Notes: generated from the sequence alone by a model not told the origin. A stretch of 64,000 nucleotides of DNA from Candidatus Woesearchaeota archaeon (GCA_036481345.1 JAZGHU010000015.1:3315-67314); one strand, 5' to 3'. Counted from the stretch's first letter, positions 19,019 through 29,167 are shown. Translations and numbers: made by a program.

Positions 19019-19825
19019 TTACATGAATAATTTATCTTTTTCTAGTTTTTCTATTGCAGCTTCTGTGAACAATGTTAAACGTCCTGGAACTGTTCCTGGA
19101 GCTAAAAGTTCTGCATTTATGCTGCTAATCATTGTAATATCTAATCCTGGAATATTTCTTGCAGCTTTGTTTAGATTGCAATCTTTTTCAACTACAATCA
19201 ATATCCCTTTCTTTTTTCTGTATTTTCTTCCTCTTCCCTTGCCTTTTCCTGCTCTTATTATCTTTTTTGAGCTTCTTGTTAACTCATCTTTTAAGCCAAG
19301 AGCAACTAAAGCTGTCTTGATTTCTTTTGTTTTTGATAATGATTCAAATGAATTGTCAATTATGAATGGATAAGCTTCTGGCAAAATATGGCCATGCTCT
19401 TTTACTATTTTCTTATCAGTTGTAGCTGCTAGAGCTGATCTTATTGCTTTTCTATTTTCTTTTTTGTTTATTTTCTTGTCCCAATTCTTGTCTGCTTTTG
19501 GAGGGTGAGCTCTTCTACCGCCTACTGTTTGAGGTGCGAATGCTCCAACATAGTTCAATCTTGTCCCTCTTCTTGACATAACTTTTCTAGGAGTTCTAGA
19601 TTGTCCTATCCCATATGTTCCTCTGTATTTTCTTCTTCTTTTTGATAGATTAGCTGAAGCTCTTATTCCTGCTTCTTTTGACGCGCCGTATTTTTGACGC
19701 TTGTTAGATTGTAATGTTAAAACAGCTCTTGCGATTAAATCAGGCCTTACTTTTTCCTTAAATTGAGCTGGCAAGGATTTCTTTCCTTTTTCTTCTGCTT
19801 TTGGTGATAGTATTTTTAATTCCAT
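19019..19825 (-). CDS. rpl4: 50S ribosomal protein L4 (uL4)
   Basis: VRPDLI, GGRRAHPPK, RAGKGKGRGR, LLAPG..PGRLT. Confidence 0.97.
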   Translation of the reverse strand: MELKILSPKAEEKGKKSLPAQFKEKVRPDLIARAVLTLQSNKRQKYGASKEAGIRASANLSKRRRKYRGTYGIGQSRTPRKVMSRRGTRLNYVGAFAPQTVGGRRAHPPKADKNWDKKINKKENRKAIRSALAATTDKKIVKEHGHILPEAYPFIIDNSFESLSKTKEIKTALVALGLKDELTRSSKKIIRAGKGKGRGRKYRKKKGILIVVEKDCNLNKAARNIPGLDITMISSINAELLAPGTVPGRLTLFTEAAIEKLEKDKLFM

Positions 19826-19826
19826 T

Positions 19827-20792
19827 TTAACTTATTATTTCAGATACTACAGGAGCTTCTGTAGGATGTTTTTTATCTGGCCTTATTGGTGCTGTTAATG
19901 TAATCAGTCTTTTTTTTGCTCCTCCAATAGAACCTTTAAGTAGAATATATTGATTTTTTATGATTCCATATCTTCTAAATCCTGCTTTTGAATTTGCTTC
20001 TTCTGGTTTGTCGCTTATTTTTAGAAGCCATTTGTTTAGTTCTGTTCTTTGTTGATAACCTAATTGGCCTGCTTTAGCAACTCTCCATTGTCTTGAACCA
20101 GTCCATGCTCCCAAGCTTCCGGGATTTCTTATGCTTTTTTCAGATTTATGAGATCTTTTTGCAATACCAAATCTTTTCATTGGGCCAGCTAGTCCTTTTC
20201 CTTTTGTTATTGATTTGATATCAACATGTTGACCTTCTGTGAATATATCTTGAATGTTAATTTCTTTTCCTAAATTTTCTTTTCCCCAGTTGTATTTTTC
20301 CTCTATTTTTCCACCAAGGCCTAATTCAAATAATTCTGGTTTTTTCTTGCCAATAGTTGTTAGTTTTGGCTGTGTATAAACTAAAATTCTAATATCATCA
20401 TATTCTTCAGGCTTGAAATCTTCTATTTTCTTTTTGATGTTCTTTGCTGGAATTATTTTTCTAGCTAATTCCTTATCAAGTTTTTGTGCAAGAACAGCAG
20501 AAGAAGCTCGTAAGCCATATGGTGTTTTTTTGTAAAAAATGATAGAAGCAGTTTTTAGTGGCGGACATTCAATGATCGTGACTGGCATTGAGATGTCTTG
20601 ACCTTTTGTCATTGCGTTAGCTCTGTTGTCTGTAAATATTACATGAGCCATACCCACTTTATAGCCTGCAAACCCTAGTGGCTTAACATCTTTTGCTTCT
20701 GGCCAAGAGCTTACTCTAGCATAAGCTCTTTTGGCTCTTTTTCTTGGCCAAAATTGCAATGATCCGCTTCTTGGTTTATGTCCTTTTGCCAT
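19827..20792 (-). CDS. rpl3: 50S ribosomal protein L3 (uL3)
   Basis: PRSGSLQFWPRKRA, FAGYKVGM, TKGKG, GQLGYQQRTE. Confidence 0.97.
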   Translation of the reverse strand: MAKGHKPRSGSLQFWPRKRAKRAYARVSSWPEAKDVKPLGFAGYKVGMAHVIFTDNRANAMTKGQDISMPVTIIECPPLKTASIIFYKKTPYGLRASSAVLAQKLDKELARKIIPAKNIKKKIEDFKPEEYDDIRILVYTQPKLTTIGKKKPELFELGLGGKIEEKYNWGKENLGKEINIQDIFTEGQHVDIKSITKGKGLAGPMKRFGIAKRSHKSEKSIRNPGSLGAWTGSRQWRVAKAGQLGYQQRTELNKWLLKISDKPEEANSKAGFRRYGIIKNQYILLKGSIGGAKKRLITLTAPIRPDKKHPTEAPVVSEIIS

Positions 20793-21027
20793 GCTTAATC
20801 TTTCTCGTTATTTTTTCAGAGACTAATCTCTCTATCTTTCTCTTTTATTGAAAGTAACCTTTTAGTAAGACCTTTTTTAGAAAATAGTTTCATCAACCAT
20901 TTGTACTGAAAAAGTCTTTTTTCAGGCTATTGGTGTACTATATGTGTTTAAACACCCTTTAAACACTGTATCGAGGATATGGAGAAACGATGGGGGCTTT
21001 ATAAAGCTTGCGAAATTATGTTTATTT

Positions 21028-21420
21028 TCATGAAAATGTGTAATCTTTAAGGGTATTTCTTAATAATTCGTTGAATTCTTCATCAATAGATATCTTGTAG
21101 TCATGACTGTCTCCTTGAGGTAATTTGAATATTTTATTAGACTTTGAAATTGAAGCCACGCCCATCCCTGTTACTATATATCTTTCTTCTTCACTTCCTA
21201 AAGAAGGCATGGTTAATGCTTCATCACCAGGTATAGGAATTTTAGAATATTCTATATCCTTGCTCAATAAAAAAGAAGCTAAAAGATCTCGATGATACAT
21301 TTCTTCTTGGTCTGGACGACCACAAAGTAAATAAGGTTTGTTATCTAAATAAAGTTGGACTACTTTGAATATTCCTTCTTCTGGAAGTCTTATAATTTCT
21401 ACTGTTTGATCAATTGTCAT
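21028..21420 (-). CDS. Hypothetical protein
   Basis: 130 aa ORF overlapping the end of the primase gene; no recognisable motif. Confidence 0.6.
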   Translation of the reverse strand: MTIDQTVEIIRLPEEGIFKVVQLYLDNKPYLLCGRPDQEEMYHRDLLASFLLSKDIEYSKIPIPGDEALTMPSLGSEEERYIVTGMGVASISKSNKIFKLPQGDSHDYKISIDEEFNELLRNTLKDYTFS

Positions 21421-22738
21421 TTTTCTTTTGTGTTTTATTATTATTTAAGAAATAAGTCTTTCTTTTTGAGTATTGCACTGGATTTTTTATACGATTGCAG
21501 AGATTATCTGGATGGCATGCATTGAAATCCTTGTAGTACATAGAGTTTTGGCAATTGGGGGGGAGAATCTTCTTTTTCTGTTGTTTTCTATATCTTAGCT
21601 GGCCTAGAAGAATTACTTCTCTTAGGGGTTCTTTGTTAGCTTTGTTCCATTCTTTTAATCTGGGTTCTATTTTATCATATTCCCAGCCAACAGAAGATAG
21701 GAAATTGTTTAGTATAAATAGGGCACGTTTTCTTCCATCTTCTAATCCTGACAGCATATGCTTGACACAAGGAGGGAAGAACTGCTCTGGAATTGCTTCT
21801 TGAGGTATATCTTCTTTATATTCTGTTTCTTTATGTTCAAATTCTTCTTTGCTTTTCTTTACCACCATCATTTCTGTTGCTTTATCAAACAGTTCTTTTG
21901 CTTGATTTGGCTGGATGTTTTCTCTATTTAGGAATCCTAATTTTTTATCTATTTTTACAGTTGATGGAAGAGCTTGTTCTTTTTCAAATTCCATTACTTT
22001 GTTTGGATCAATTGGGATTGAACATAATCCTGATTTTTCATGTAATGAGTATGGTGCTCTGTACAAGTGCCTTCCAGAGATAAGAATTGTGTCAATATCA
22101 ATCATCTTTTCTGGGTCAACCTTTCCTCCTACTGAGAGTTTTTCTAAAGTTTTTTTCAGGTTGGATGCTATTTTTTCTATATTATTGTTTTCCATTTCAA
22201 GGACTTTTTTTAAGAAGACATTTTTTATCATCTCTTTTAGGTATAAAGCGAGCAATCTTATGTAATCAGGAAACATTTTGCTTGTTTCGTTTTCTCCTAT
22301 TTTTTGAGGGAATGCCTCAAATGGAACACCTATATGAAATCCTTTGTTTCCTGAGAATTTTACACTGACTGCTTCAATATTATAATGTTTTAATGCTTTT
22401 ATAACTAAATCAGTGATTAGTTTAGAGTATGGCCAATAAGGACAGTCAATGTCTATAACTAAATCCCATCCAATCCTTAATGCTTCTATTTCTTGTTTTT
22501 TTAGTAAGGGATCTAGCTGTAGAGGATTGCTCCAAATTTCTTCTGAAGCATGAAAAGAAGTTATTCCTTGCTTTACTAATTCTAGAACATCTCTTGGATA
22601 AGTTAGAGTATCTGGCCGTTTAGCATAACCTTCTCCTTTGAAACTGCCAACTAATTCTTTGTTTTTCGAATGAAGAACTAGTTCATTCTGGATATCTTCT
22701 CTTTTATAATGTCTTAAGACAGTTCCTATATCAATCAT
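21410..22738 (-). CDS. priS: Fused DNA primase small/large subunit (PriS-PriL, DPANN type)
   Basis: AEP motifs DLVIDID and FSGNKGFH, D.ILIS.RH..RAPYSLH, then PriL Fe-S domain FPPC...DGRKR...PPNC...C..C..IKNP. Confidence 0.92.
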   Translation of the reverse strand: MIDIGTVLRHYKREDIQNELVLHSKNKELVGSFKGEGYAKRPDTLTYPRDVLELVKQGITSFHASEEIWSNPLQLDPLLKKQEIEALRIGWDLVIDIDCPYWPYSKLITDLVIKALKHYNIEAVSVKFSGNKGFHIGVPFEAFPQKIGENETSKMFPDYIRLLALYLKEMIKNVFLKKVLEMENNNIEKIASNLKKTLEKLSVGGKVDPEKMIDIDTILISGRHLYRAPYSLHEKSGLCSIPIDPNKVMEFEKEQALPSTVKIDKKLGFLNRENIQPNQAKELFDKATEMMVVKKSKEEFEHKETEYKEDIPQEAIPEQFFPPCVKHMLSGLEDGRKRALFILNNFLSSVGWEYDKIEPRLKEWNKANKEPLREVILLGQLRYRKQQKKKILPPNCQNSMYYKDFNACHPDNLCNRIKNPVQYSKRKTYFLNNNKTQKKNDN

Positions 22739-22782
22739 GTTCCCCCATTATGGTGTAAAGAAGTCTTATATAAAAATTTTCA

Positions 22783-23676
22783 CTACATTTTGTCTAATGC
22801 AGTTATTCTTTGGTCTATTGGTGGATGGGTTGCAAAGAGTTTTACCATAAAACTCTGTTTTTTTCTAAAAGGAGTTGAAATAAATAAATGTGCTGTTGCT
22901 TTGTTTGCATAGTCTACTAATGGATCTGGATCTTTTTTTATCTTTCTTAATGCATCTGCCAGCCCTTTTGGGTATCTTGTTAATAATGCTCCATCTGCAT
23001 CTGCTAGGAATTCTCTTTTTCTGCTTATTGCTAATTTTATTGCTTCTCCGATTAAAGGGGAGAGTATTGCTAATACAAATCCAGTTACTATTAATATCAC
23101 TGTCAATCGATTGTTACCGCTCCTCCTCCTGCCTGAACCCCAGAAGAAACTTCTTAATAAGAAATCTGATAACAATACAGTTAAGCCAACCATGACTGCT
23201 GCAAGCATCATGATCCTAATATCAAAATTTTTTATATGGGACATTTCATGAGCAATAACTCCTTCTAATTCTAATCTGTTCATTTTGTTAAGTAATCCTG
23301 TTGTGACTGTTATTGAAGCATGTTCTGGATCTCTTCCAGTTGCAAAAGCGTTCAATGCATCATCATCAATAACATATGTTTTGGGCATGGGGATTCCTGC
23401 TGCGATTGATAATCCTTCAACTGTATGGACTAAATGGGGATATTGTTTTTTATCTACTGCTTTTGCTTTTGTCATTGCTAAAATCATAGAATCTCCTGAA
23501 TAATAACTAACCAAGAAATATAATGTACCTATGATCAAAGCTAGAATTGGGCCAAAGTAGATATTACCATAATATAATCCTATAACTAATCCAATAATAA
23601 TTACTAAAATAAAGAAAAGAAAAATTAAAAAAAAGCTTTTCCTCTTGTTTGAATCAATCTGTTCGTAAATTCCCAT
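22783..23676 (-). CDS. htpX: M48 family zinc metalloprotease HtpX
   Basis: NAFATGR, HEMSH, SRKREFLADA, THPPI. Confidence 0.94.
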   Translation of the reverse strand: MGIYEQIDSNKRKSFFLIFLFFILVIIIGLVIGLYYGNIYFGPILALIIGTLYFLVSYYSGDSMILAMTKAKAVDKKQYPHLVHTVEGLSIAAGIPMPKTYVIDDDALNAFATGRDPEHASITVTTGLLNKMNRLELEGVIAHEMSHIKNFDIRIMMLAAVMVGLTVLLSDFLLRSFFWGSGRRRSGNNRLTVILIVTGFVLAILSPLIGEAIKLAISRKREFLADADGALLTRYPKGLADALRKIKKDPDPLVDYANKATAHLFISTPFRKKQSFMVKLFATHPPIDQRITALDKM

Positions 23677-24228
23677 TTAAAATTCAACATTAACTGGTTC
23701 TTTTTCTTTACCTGATGTTTTGAAGTAATCTTCTTTTTTGAATCCAAACATCTTTGCAAAGAGATTTTTTGGGAATACTTGAATAGCTTCATTCAATTTC
23801 ATTACAGAGTCGTTGTAGAATTGTCTTGAGTAAGCTATCTTTGATTCTGTTCCTGCTAATTCTTCCTGCAGTAATTTGAAATTTTCATTTGCTTTTAACT
23901 GAGGATAATTTTCAGCTACTGCAAAGATTGATTTCAGAGCTTTTGTTAGGCCATCTGATGCTTTTGTCCTGTCTTCTAATGAGCCTGATACTAATGAGGA
24001 TCTCATCTTTGTTACATTTTCTAGAACAGTTTTTTCGTGTTTAACATAGCCTTTTACTGTCTTTACTAAGTTTGGAATCAAATCATACCTTCTTTTTAAC
24101 TGTACATCTATCTGAGCCAGAGCATTCTTCATCCTAACTCTTAGTTTTATTAGACTGTTATAGATGTAGACAACAAACAATACAACTACTACTGCAATTA
24201 TAATCCATATTGTGCTTGCACTTACCAT
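23677..24228 (-). CDS. lemA: LemA family protein
   Basis: IDVQLKRRYDLIPNLV, AENYPQLKA, RQFYND; adjacent to htpX. Confidence 0.95.
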   Translation of the reverse strand: MVSASTIWIIIAVVVVLFVVYIYNSLIKLRVRMKNALAQIDVQLKRRYDLIPNLVKTVKGYVKHEKTVLENVTKMRSSLVSGSLEDRTKASDGLTKALKSIFAVAENYPQLKANENFKLLQEELAGTESKIAYSRQFYNDSVMKLNEAIQVFPKNLFAKMFGFKKEDYFKTSGKEKEPVNVEF

Positions 24229-24323
24229 TTTAGGTTCACCCCAAGAATAGCAATTAGAAGATGTATATAAACTTTATTAAAACTTAAGATAAATTTATAT
24301 AGTTTTGAGTCAATAAAAACAAA

Positions 24324-24743
24324 ATGAGAATAATAATAATTGGAATGATAATTTTGAGTGTTTTACTTATTTCTGGTTGCCAAAAGGATATGCCTCCAGA
24401 AGAATTAATGAAATGTGATGTTGATGAAGATTGTATTGTTGTAGAAGAAAGGGGCTGTTGTGGATGTCCTGCTGTTATTAATAAACAGCACGAGGACTGG
24501 TGGAACAATAGAAAAGTTGTAGAATCATGTCCTGGAAGAGAGTGTGAGCTTTGTGCCCAATATTATGAACCAGCAAGATGTGAAGATAATGTTTGCACAG
24601 CAAATTATGGAAGAAATCCATGTGATAATGAAGGTTATTGTTTATCTTCTGAAACACAAGAATGTGAAGTATGGCATGTAAATGCAGGAGCTGGAATATG
24701 TGGTTGTTCTGAATCAGAATCTTGGTGTGCTAAATTAAAGTAG
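24324..24743 (+). CDS. Cys-rich lipoprotein
   Basis: Signal peptide with lipobox LISGC; mature region has CxxDxDC, CCGC and many further Cys. Confidence 0.75.
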   Translation: MRIIIIGMIILSVLLISGCQKDMPPEELMKCDVDEDCIVVEERGCCGCPAVINKQHEDWWNNRKVVESCPGRECELCAQYYEPARCEDNVCTANYGRNPCDNEGYCLSSETQECEVWHVNAGAGICGCSESESWCAKLK

Positions 24744-26957
24744 ATAATCGCTATCAACTACTTTTCTGATCTCTTTTGCTTTCTTTTCTCCTATTTTTGA
24801 TACTTTTTTTAGCTGTTCTTCTTTTGCATTTACTATTTTCTTTATTGTTTTGAATTTCTTAAGAAGTTCTTTTGCTAAGGAAGGACCTACTAATGGCAAA
24901 GAAGAGACAACATATTCCTGCTGTTCTTTAATTGATAATGGTTTTTTGTCAGCATGCATTGAGAATTCGTTTGATGAAGAATCTTGTTCTCTTTTTGCAA
25001 TTGTATGAATCAGTTCTGCTGATTCTTTTGAGTTTTTTGTGAAAAGGACAGGGATTTTATAGGAGATTGCGATTGTTGCTAACATTCCTCTGATTGCATT
25101 TGGATGTATGTTTCTTGCTGAATAAATATCTGTTTCCCCTTCAACAATTACCAAAGGGCATTCAAAGTTTCTTTTTAATTGTTTTATTTGTTCAAGTAAT
25201 CTGCCATCTATGATTGACTGTGCAAAATCTTCAACTTTTTTGAATTCAACACCGCAACGGCTGCTTAGGATGTAATCAGCTGAATCTAGTTTATCTAATT
25301 TAATTGAAACGTCTTTATCTATCAATTCTTTTATTATTCCAGAAGCTTTTTCTCTGTGATCTGCAAAGACTTTTATTTCTTGTTTTTTCTCATATTTTGC
25401 AACTGTAGATCTTGGAGATTTGATAGTTTCTAATGTCTGTTGTTTTAATGATAATTTTGATTTTAAGTCAGTGAGAATTCTATACATTCTTTTTTCTTTA
25501 TGATGTGCAGACCACCTATACCCTTCATCTCTTGTGTTTTGAGTCATCAATATAGTACATTTCCCTTTTTCTAATCTCCCAGTACGCCCTCTACGCTGAA
25601 TATGACGAATTGCAGATGGAATTGGCTCATAAAATATAACTGAATCTACTTTTGGAATATCTAGGCCTTCTTCTCCAACAGATGTTGCAACAAGAATATT
25701 GAATTCATTATTTCTGAATTGTTCAAGCATTTCTTTTTGCTGTTTTTGAGACAATCCAGATTCTCCTTTTTTCTGCTGTCCTACAAAAAGATTTGCTTTG
25801 ATGTTTTTGAGTTTGTTTAGTTCATCAACAATGTTTTTTGCATTATCACGATACTGGTTAAATATCATTATTTTTACTCCTGGTTTAATCTCTTTTTCAA
25901 CTAATTTTTGCAATTCAATCAGTTTTGGATGTTGGATTCCATCTTCAAACATCTTTTCTGTCTTGATAAATGCAGATCTGAAATTCAAGTCTGCAATGAT
26001 ATTTTTTACTGCTTTTGTTTTTCCTGAATAACCATCATTTTTTAGTTTTGTCAGGTATCCATGTAAAGCAACAACTCCTTGTGTTTCTAATAATTCTAAA
26101 CCATGCTGAACTTTCATAATTTCTGCTAGAACTGAAATTGCTGTCCAAAGAGTAAAATCTTTTTCTCCAGAAGCTGCACGGCCCCTTAATTGTGCCTGGA
26201 GCTTTAGTAAATCTGTTTTACTTACGAAATTAATATCTTTTCTTTGGAGAATTCCCCATTTTTTCAATTTTTGAGTTCTATCTTGGATAATATTCTTCAA
26301 AAATCTTTGAACCTGTTCAAATGGGGGAGTTAGATCAACTTTTATCCAATTGAGTTCTACTTCTTGTATGTATGGCTTAACATCTGGATCATTATCTGTT
26401 CTTACTTCAACTTCTTCTATGAAAAGATTTGAAGTAACTTCTCTTATTTTTTCTAGATCAGACCCAGGAGAGGCTGTTAAAGCAAGGATTCTTGGAAAAT
26501 CTGCTTTTTTATGATATTGTTTTGCCACAAACACATAAGCATATTCTCCAACTGCCCTGTGTGCTTCATCAAAAACTATCAATGAAACTTCTTCTAAGTT
26601 GATTCTTCCTGTTATGATGTCATTTTCAAGACCTTGAGGGGTTGAAAAGATAACTTTTGCTGTTTTCCAAAGTTCTGCTCGTTTTTCAGGCTTGATCATT
26701 CCTGTGAATACTGAAAAAGATTCTTCTGGAAGCTCCATATATTGCTTGAATGTTTCAATGTGCTGCTCTACTAATGGTCTTGTTGGAGCTAAAATCAGAA
26801 CTTTTGAATTAGGGTATTGCTTGAATCTTTGCACTGCAAGCATCATAGATACTGCTGTTTTGCCCATTCCAGTTGGAAGCACAACTAATGTGTTGCTTTG
26901 AACTGCTGTTGCAAGTATTGTTTCTTGATATAATCTTGGAGTAAAATCTTTAAGCAT
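24735..26957 (-). CDS. hef: Hef helicase-nuclease (FANCM-like SF2 helicase + ERCC4 nuclease + HhH)
   Basis: LPTGMGKT, DEAH, TAS, QRRGRTGR; ERCC4 D-RE, ADY, EFK...D...SIIDGRL; start moved to ATG 26957. Confidence 0.94.
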   Translation of the reverse strand: MLKDFTPRLYQETILATAVQSNTLVVLPTGMGKTAVSMMLAVQRFKQYPNSKVLILAPTRPLVEQHIETFKQYMELPEESFSVFTGMIKPEKRAELWKTAKVIFSTPQGLENDIITGRINLEEVSLIVFDEAHRAVGEYAYVFVAKQYHKKADFPRILALTASPGSDLEKIREVTSNLFIEEVEVRTDNDPDVKPYIQEVELNWIKVDLTPPFEQVQRFLKNIIQDRTQKLKKWGILQRKDINFVSKTDLLKLQAQLRGRAASGEKDFTLWTAISVLAEIMKVQHGLELLETQGVVALHGYLTKLKNDGYSGKTKAVKNIIADLNFRSAFIKTEKMFEDGIQHPKLIELQKLVEKEIKPGVKIMIFNQYRDNAKNIVDELNKLKNIKANLFVGQQKKGESGLSQKQQKEMLEQFRNNEFNILVATSVGEEGLDIPKVDSVIFYEPIPSAIRHIQRRGRTGRLEKGKCTILMTQNTRDEGYRWSAHHKEKRMYRILTDLKSKLSLKQQTLETIKSPRSTVAKYEKKQEIKVFADHREKASGIIKELIDKDVSIKLDKLDSADYILSSRCGVEFKKVEDFAQSIIDGRLLEQIKQLKRNFECPLVIVEGETDIYSARNIHPNAIRGMLATIAISYKIPVLFTKNSKESAELIHTIAKREQDSSSNEFSMHADKKPLSIKEQQEYVVSSLPLVGPSLAKELLKKFKTIKKIVNAKEEQLKKVSKIGEKKAKEIRKVVDSDYLL

Positions 26958-27055
26958 TGTTTTGATTAGGCAGAATTCTTTTAAATAGTTTATGGGGTGG
27001 TGTCCAGTGACCAGTGGGTAGTGTAAATTCACACTCACTACATTCGTGCAGGCAC

Positions 27056-27223
27056 CTAACCTATCTTCTTATTAACATTAATTTTTGTTTGTCTTGCTAT
27101 TTCTTCTACACTATCTTTTAAATATTCAATTTCAGTCTTTAATTTACCAAGTTCTTCTATCATTAGATCTCTAAATGACTCTACTTCTGCAATGAATTGA
27201 CCGAATTCTTCTTTTGTGACCAT
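27056..27223 (-). CDS. Small coiled-coil protein (55 aa, not in ORF track)
   Basis: Manual translation MVTKEEFGQFIAEVESFRDLMIEELGKLKTEIEYLKDSVEEIARQTKINVNKKIG*; heptad pattern; TATA-like element upstream. Confidence 0.6.
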   Translation of the reverse strand: MVTKEEFGQFIAEVESFRDLMIEELGKLKTEIEYLKDSVEEIARQTKINVNKKIG

Positions 27224-27260
27224 AGAAAGTAAAGAAAGAAGTTGCCATTAATATATTTTA

Positions 27261-27596
27261 TTAAACTCGAATATAGCCATTTTTGTGCACTTGATGACTT
27301 GTTATCCAGCTGGCAATGAATAATATGACAACAACAATCCTGTTGCCAACAACAGAACCAAGAGCATATCCCAGCATAAAACCAATTATTATCAGGAAGA
27401 ATGGAAATAAAGGCTGTCTGCCAATTTTAGTGTAATAATATCTCCCTGCTAAGAATCCTGATAAGATTACAACTATGTAAAGCAAAATAGCACTGCTTAT
27501 TGATAAGGATAATAGAAGTCCAATTACTAATAGTGATAGTGCGAGGAATTCTCCCCAATTTTCCAAAACTGATTCTCCAACTGTCATCCGTACCAA
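27261..27596 (-). CDS. Hypothetical 4-TM membrane protein
   Basis: Hydrophobic 111 aa ORF overlapping the upstream M50-like gene. Confidence 0.7.
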   Translation of the reverse strand: MVRMTVGESVLENWGEFLALSLLVIGLLLSLSISSAILLYIVVILSGFLAGRYYYTKIGRQPLFPFFLIIIGFMLGYALGSVVGNRIVVVILFIASWITSHQVHKNGYIRV

Positions 27597-28306
27597 ACCT
27601 TTCTTTCAAATCCAACATAATATATTAGCCAAATCAAACCGCCTGCAAGCAAAGCAAAGATCCACGAATAAAATGTGAATACTAGGGCCAATATAACATA
27701 TGTAAATATGGTTCCAAATAAAAATGAATATGTTAGTCTTGATGCATAAAACAGATAATGCCCATCTAATGGTGGAATAGGCAATAGCTGACAAACTGCA
27801 TATGCCAAATTAAATATAAAAATGTTGTGAAAAATAACTGAAGAGCTTGCAAAAAACCAGATATCTATCTGTTTGAAGATTGTAGCAAGGACAATTGATG
27901 CAACAGGGCCTATCAAGCTGATAACACCCATTGCTTCATAATTCAATCCATATCTAAATTTTCCTAGTCTTAATCCAGCCAGCAATGAAAATGTAAGGCC
28001 TCCTGGAATAATCAACCACCAGAGAGTTCCATTTGAGATAAAAACAAATATCAACGGAATGATTAGGCCAACCCACCATACTTTGAATTCAGCTTTATAG
28101 CCATAATGCAAAGCAGCGATTTTTTGAGCAGTTATATGGAATAATACACTTAGTCCTGCTATTAATATTGATACGAATAAATTTGGGACACTCCATTGCC
28201 TGAAAGCAAAAACAAAGCCAAAGAGCAATGCTGCAATAGCCAGTTCAAGAAATTCTTCTTTAGTAAAACTGAGATATGTTTTGGCTCTTTCAAATAACTC
28301 ATTCAT
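27584..28306 (-). CDS. M50/site-2 protease-like membrane protein with degenerate active site
   Basis: SLIGP and LLPIPPLDG motifs present, but HExxH reads HITAQ. Confidence 0.78.
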   Translation of the reverse strand: MNELFERAKTYLSFTKEEFLELAIAALLFGFVFAFRQWSVPNLFVSILIAGLSVLFHITAQKIAALHYGYKAEFKVWWVGLIIPLIFVFISNGTLWWLIIPGGLTFSLLAGLRLGKFRYGLNYEAMGVISLIGPVASIVLATIFKQIDIWFFASSSVIFHNIFIFNLAYAVCQLLPIPPLDGHYLFYASRLTYSFLFGTIFTYVILALVFTFYSWIFALLAGGLIWLIYYVGFERKVWYG

Positions 28307-28325
28307 CTTTTATTCACATTTATCT

Positions 28326-29054
28326 TTATTGTTTATAAACATTTCTTATATTAAAAGAGTATGTTATTTCATGAGAGGATTTGATTAGATTTAGGATTTC
28401 TTGCTCGTGTCCTGCTCCGATAACTGCAATGATTTTTTTATCTGGATATTTTTCCATAATCTGTCTTAGATTGTGCGCCATTACTTTATTTCTTTCATCT
28501 ACTAGAACTCTGTATAATCCAGGATAACGCTTTTTCATTATTCCTATTAGTTTTTTGATTAATTTTTTAGGAGGAACTTTTGTAAGATCCAAATTTTTAA
28601 TTCCTAATTTCCTCATTTCAGATTTTTTAAATAGAAGGCCCTTGAAGATATCTATAACAAAACGAAGTCTTTCTTTTCTTGTCAGTTCTGCTGAGATTCT
28701 TCTTAGTGTCAATTCAATATCCTGGTCAATCAAGGCTAGTTTTATTTTGTATTTTTTTGCAAGTTTGATTGCAGTCACCATTTCAGAGCCAGGCTTAACT
28801 CCAACCATTTTGCCTACTTTTTCTTCAATCCATGCTCCGATTATATTGAACAAGAATCCTTTAACACCCACTCTTTTTATATCACTGATCCTTGTTTTTC
28901 TTTTTACATTATGCGTGAGAGCATAGAACCGTTTTTGATCTAATTCCAATGCAATAATATCAGGATGCTGCTTTTCAATTACATCAGTTACCTCTTTTAA
29001 GGATTCCTTGGCGACGTGAGATGTGCCTATCAATGTTAGATTTTTATGACGCAT
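28326..29054 (-). CDS. TraB/PrgY/GumN family protein
   Basis: IGTSHV, ALELD, PGSEM, IDQDI, ERN..MA, VIGAGH; start moved to ATG 29054. Confidence 0.9.
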   Translation of the reverse strand: MRHKNLTLIGTSHVAKESLKEVTDVIEKQHPDIIALELDQKRFYALTHNVKRKTRISDIKRVGVKGFLFNIIGAWIEEKVGKMVGVKPGSEMVTAIKLAKKYKIKLALIDQDIELTLRRISAELTRKERLRFVIDIFKGLLFKKSEMRKLGIKNLDLTKVPPKKLIKKLIGIMKKRYPGLYRVLVDERNKVMAHNLRQIMEKYPDKKIIAVIGAGHEQEILNLIKSSHEITYSFNIRNVYKQ

Positions 29055-29167
29055 TCTTCTATTGAGATTAATATAGTTTATATACTTTTGCATGTGTAAT
29101 TGATAACAGAAAAATATATAAATAAAGGAATTACAGGTAAGATATAATAATTAACGGGTGATGTTAA

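Noticed and set aside
5358..19373. Numerous Phe/Ser/Leu-rich ORFs antisense to ribosomal protein genes
   Set aside because: Shadow ORFs produced by Lys/Glu-rich sense codons; no motifs or RBS
26958..27038. N-terminal extension of Hef in the ORF track; similar extensions for SUI1, rpoD, rpoN, scpB, amrS and NUDIX
   Set aside because: Extensions run through promoter-like AT tracts or upstream genes; family homology begins at the downstream ATG
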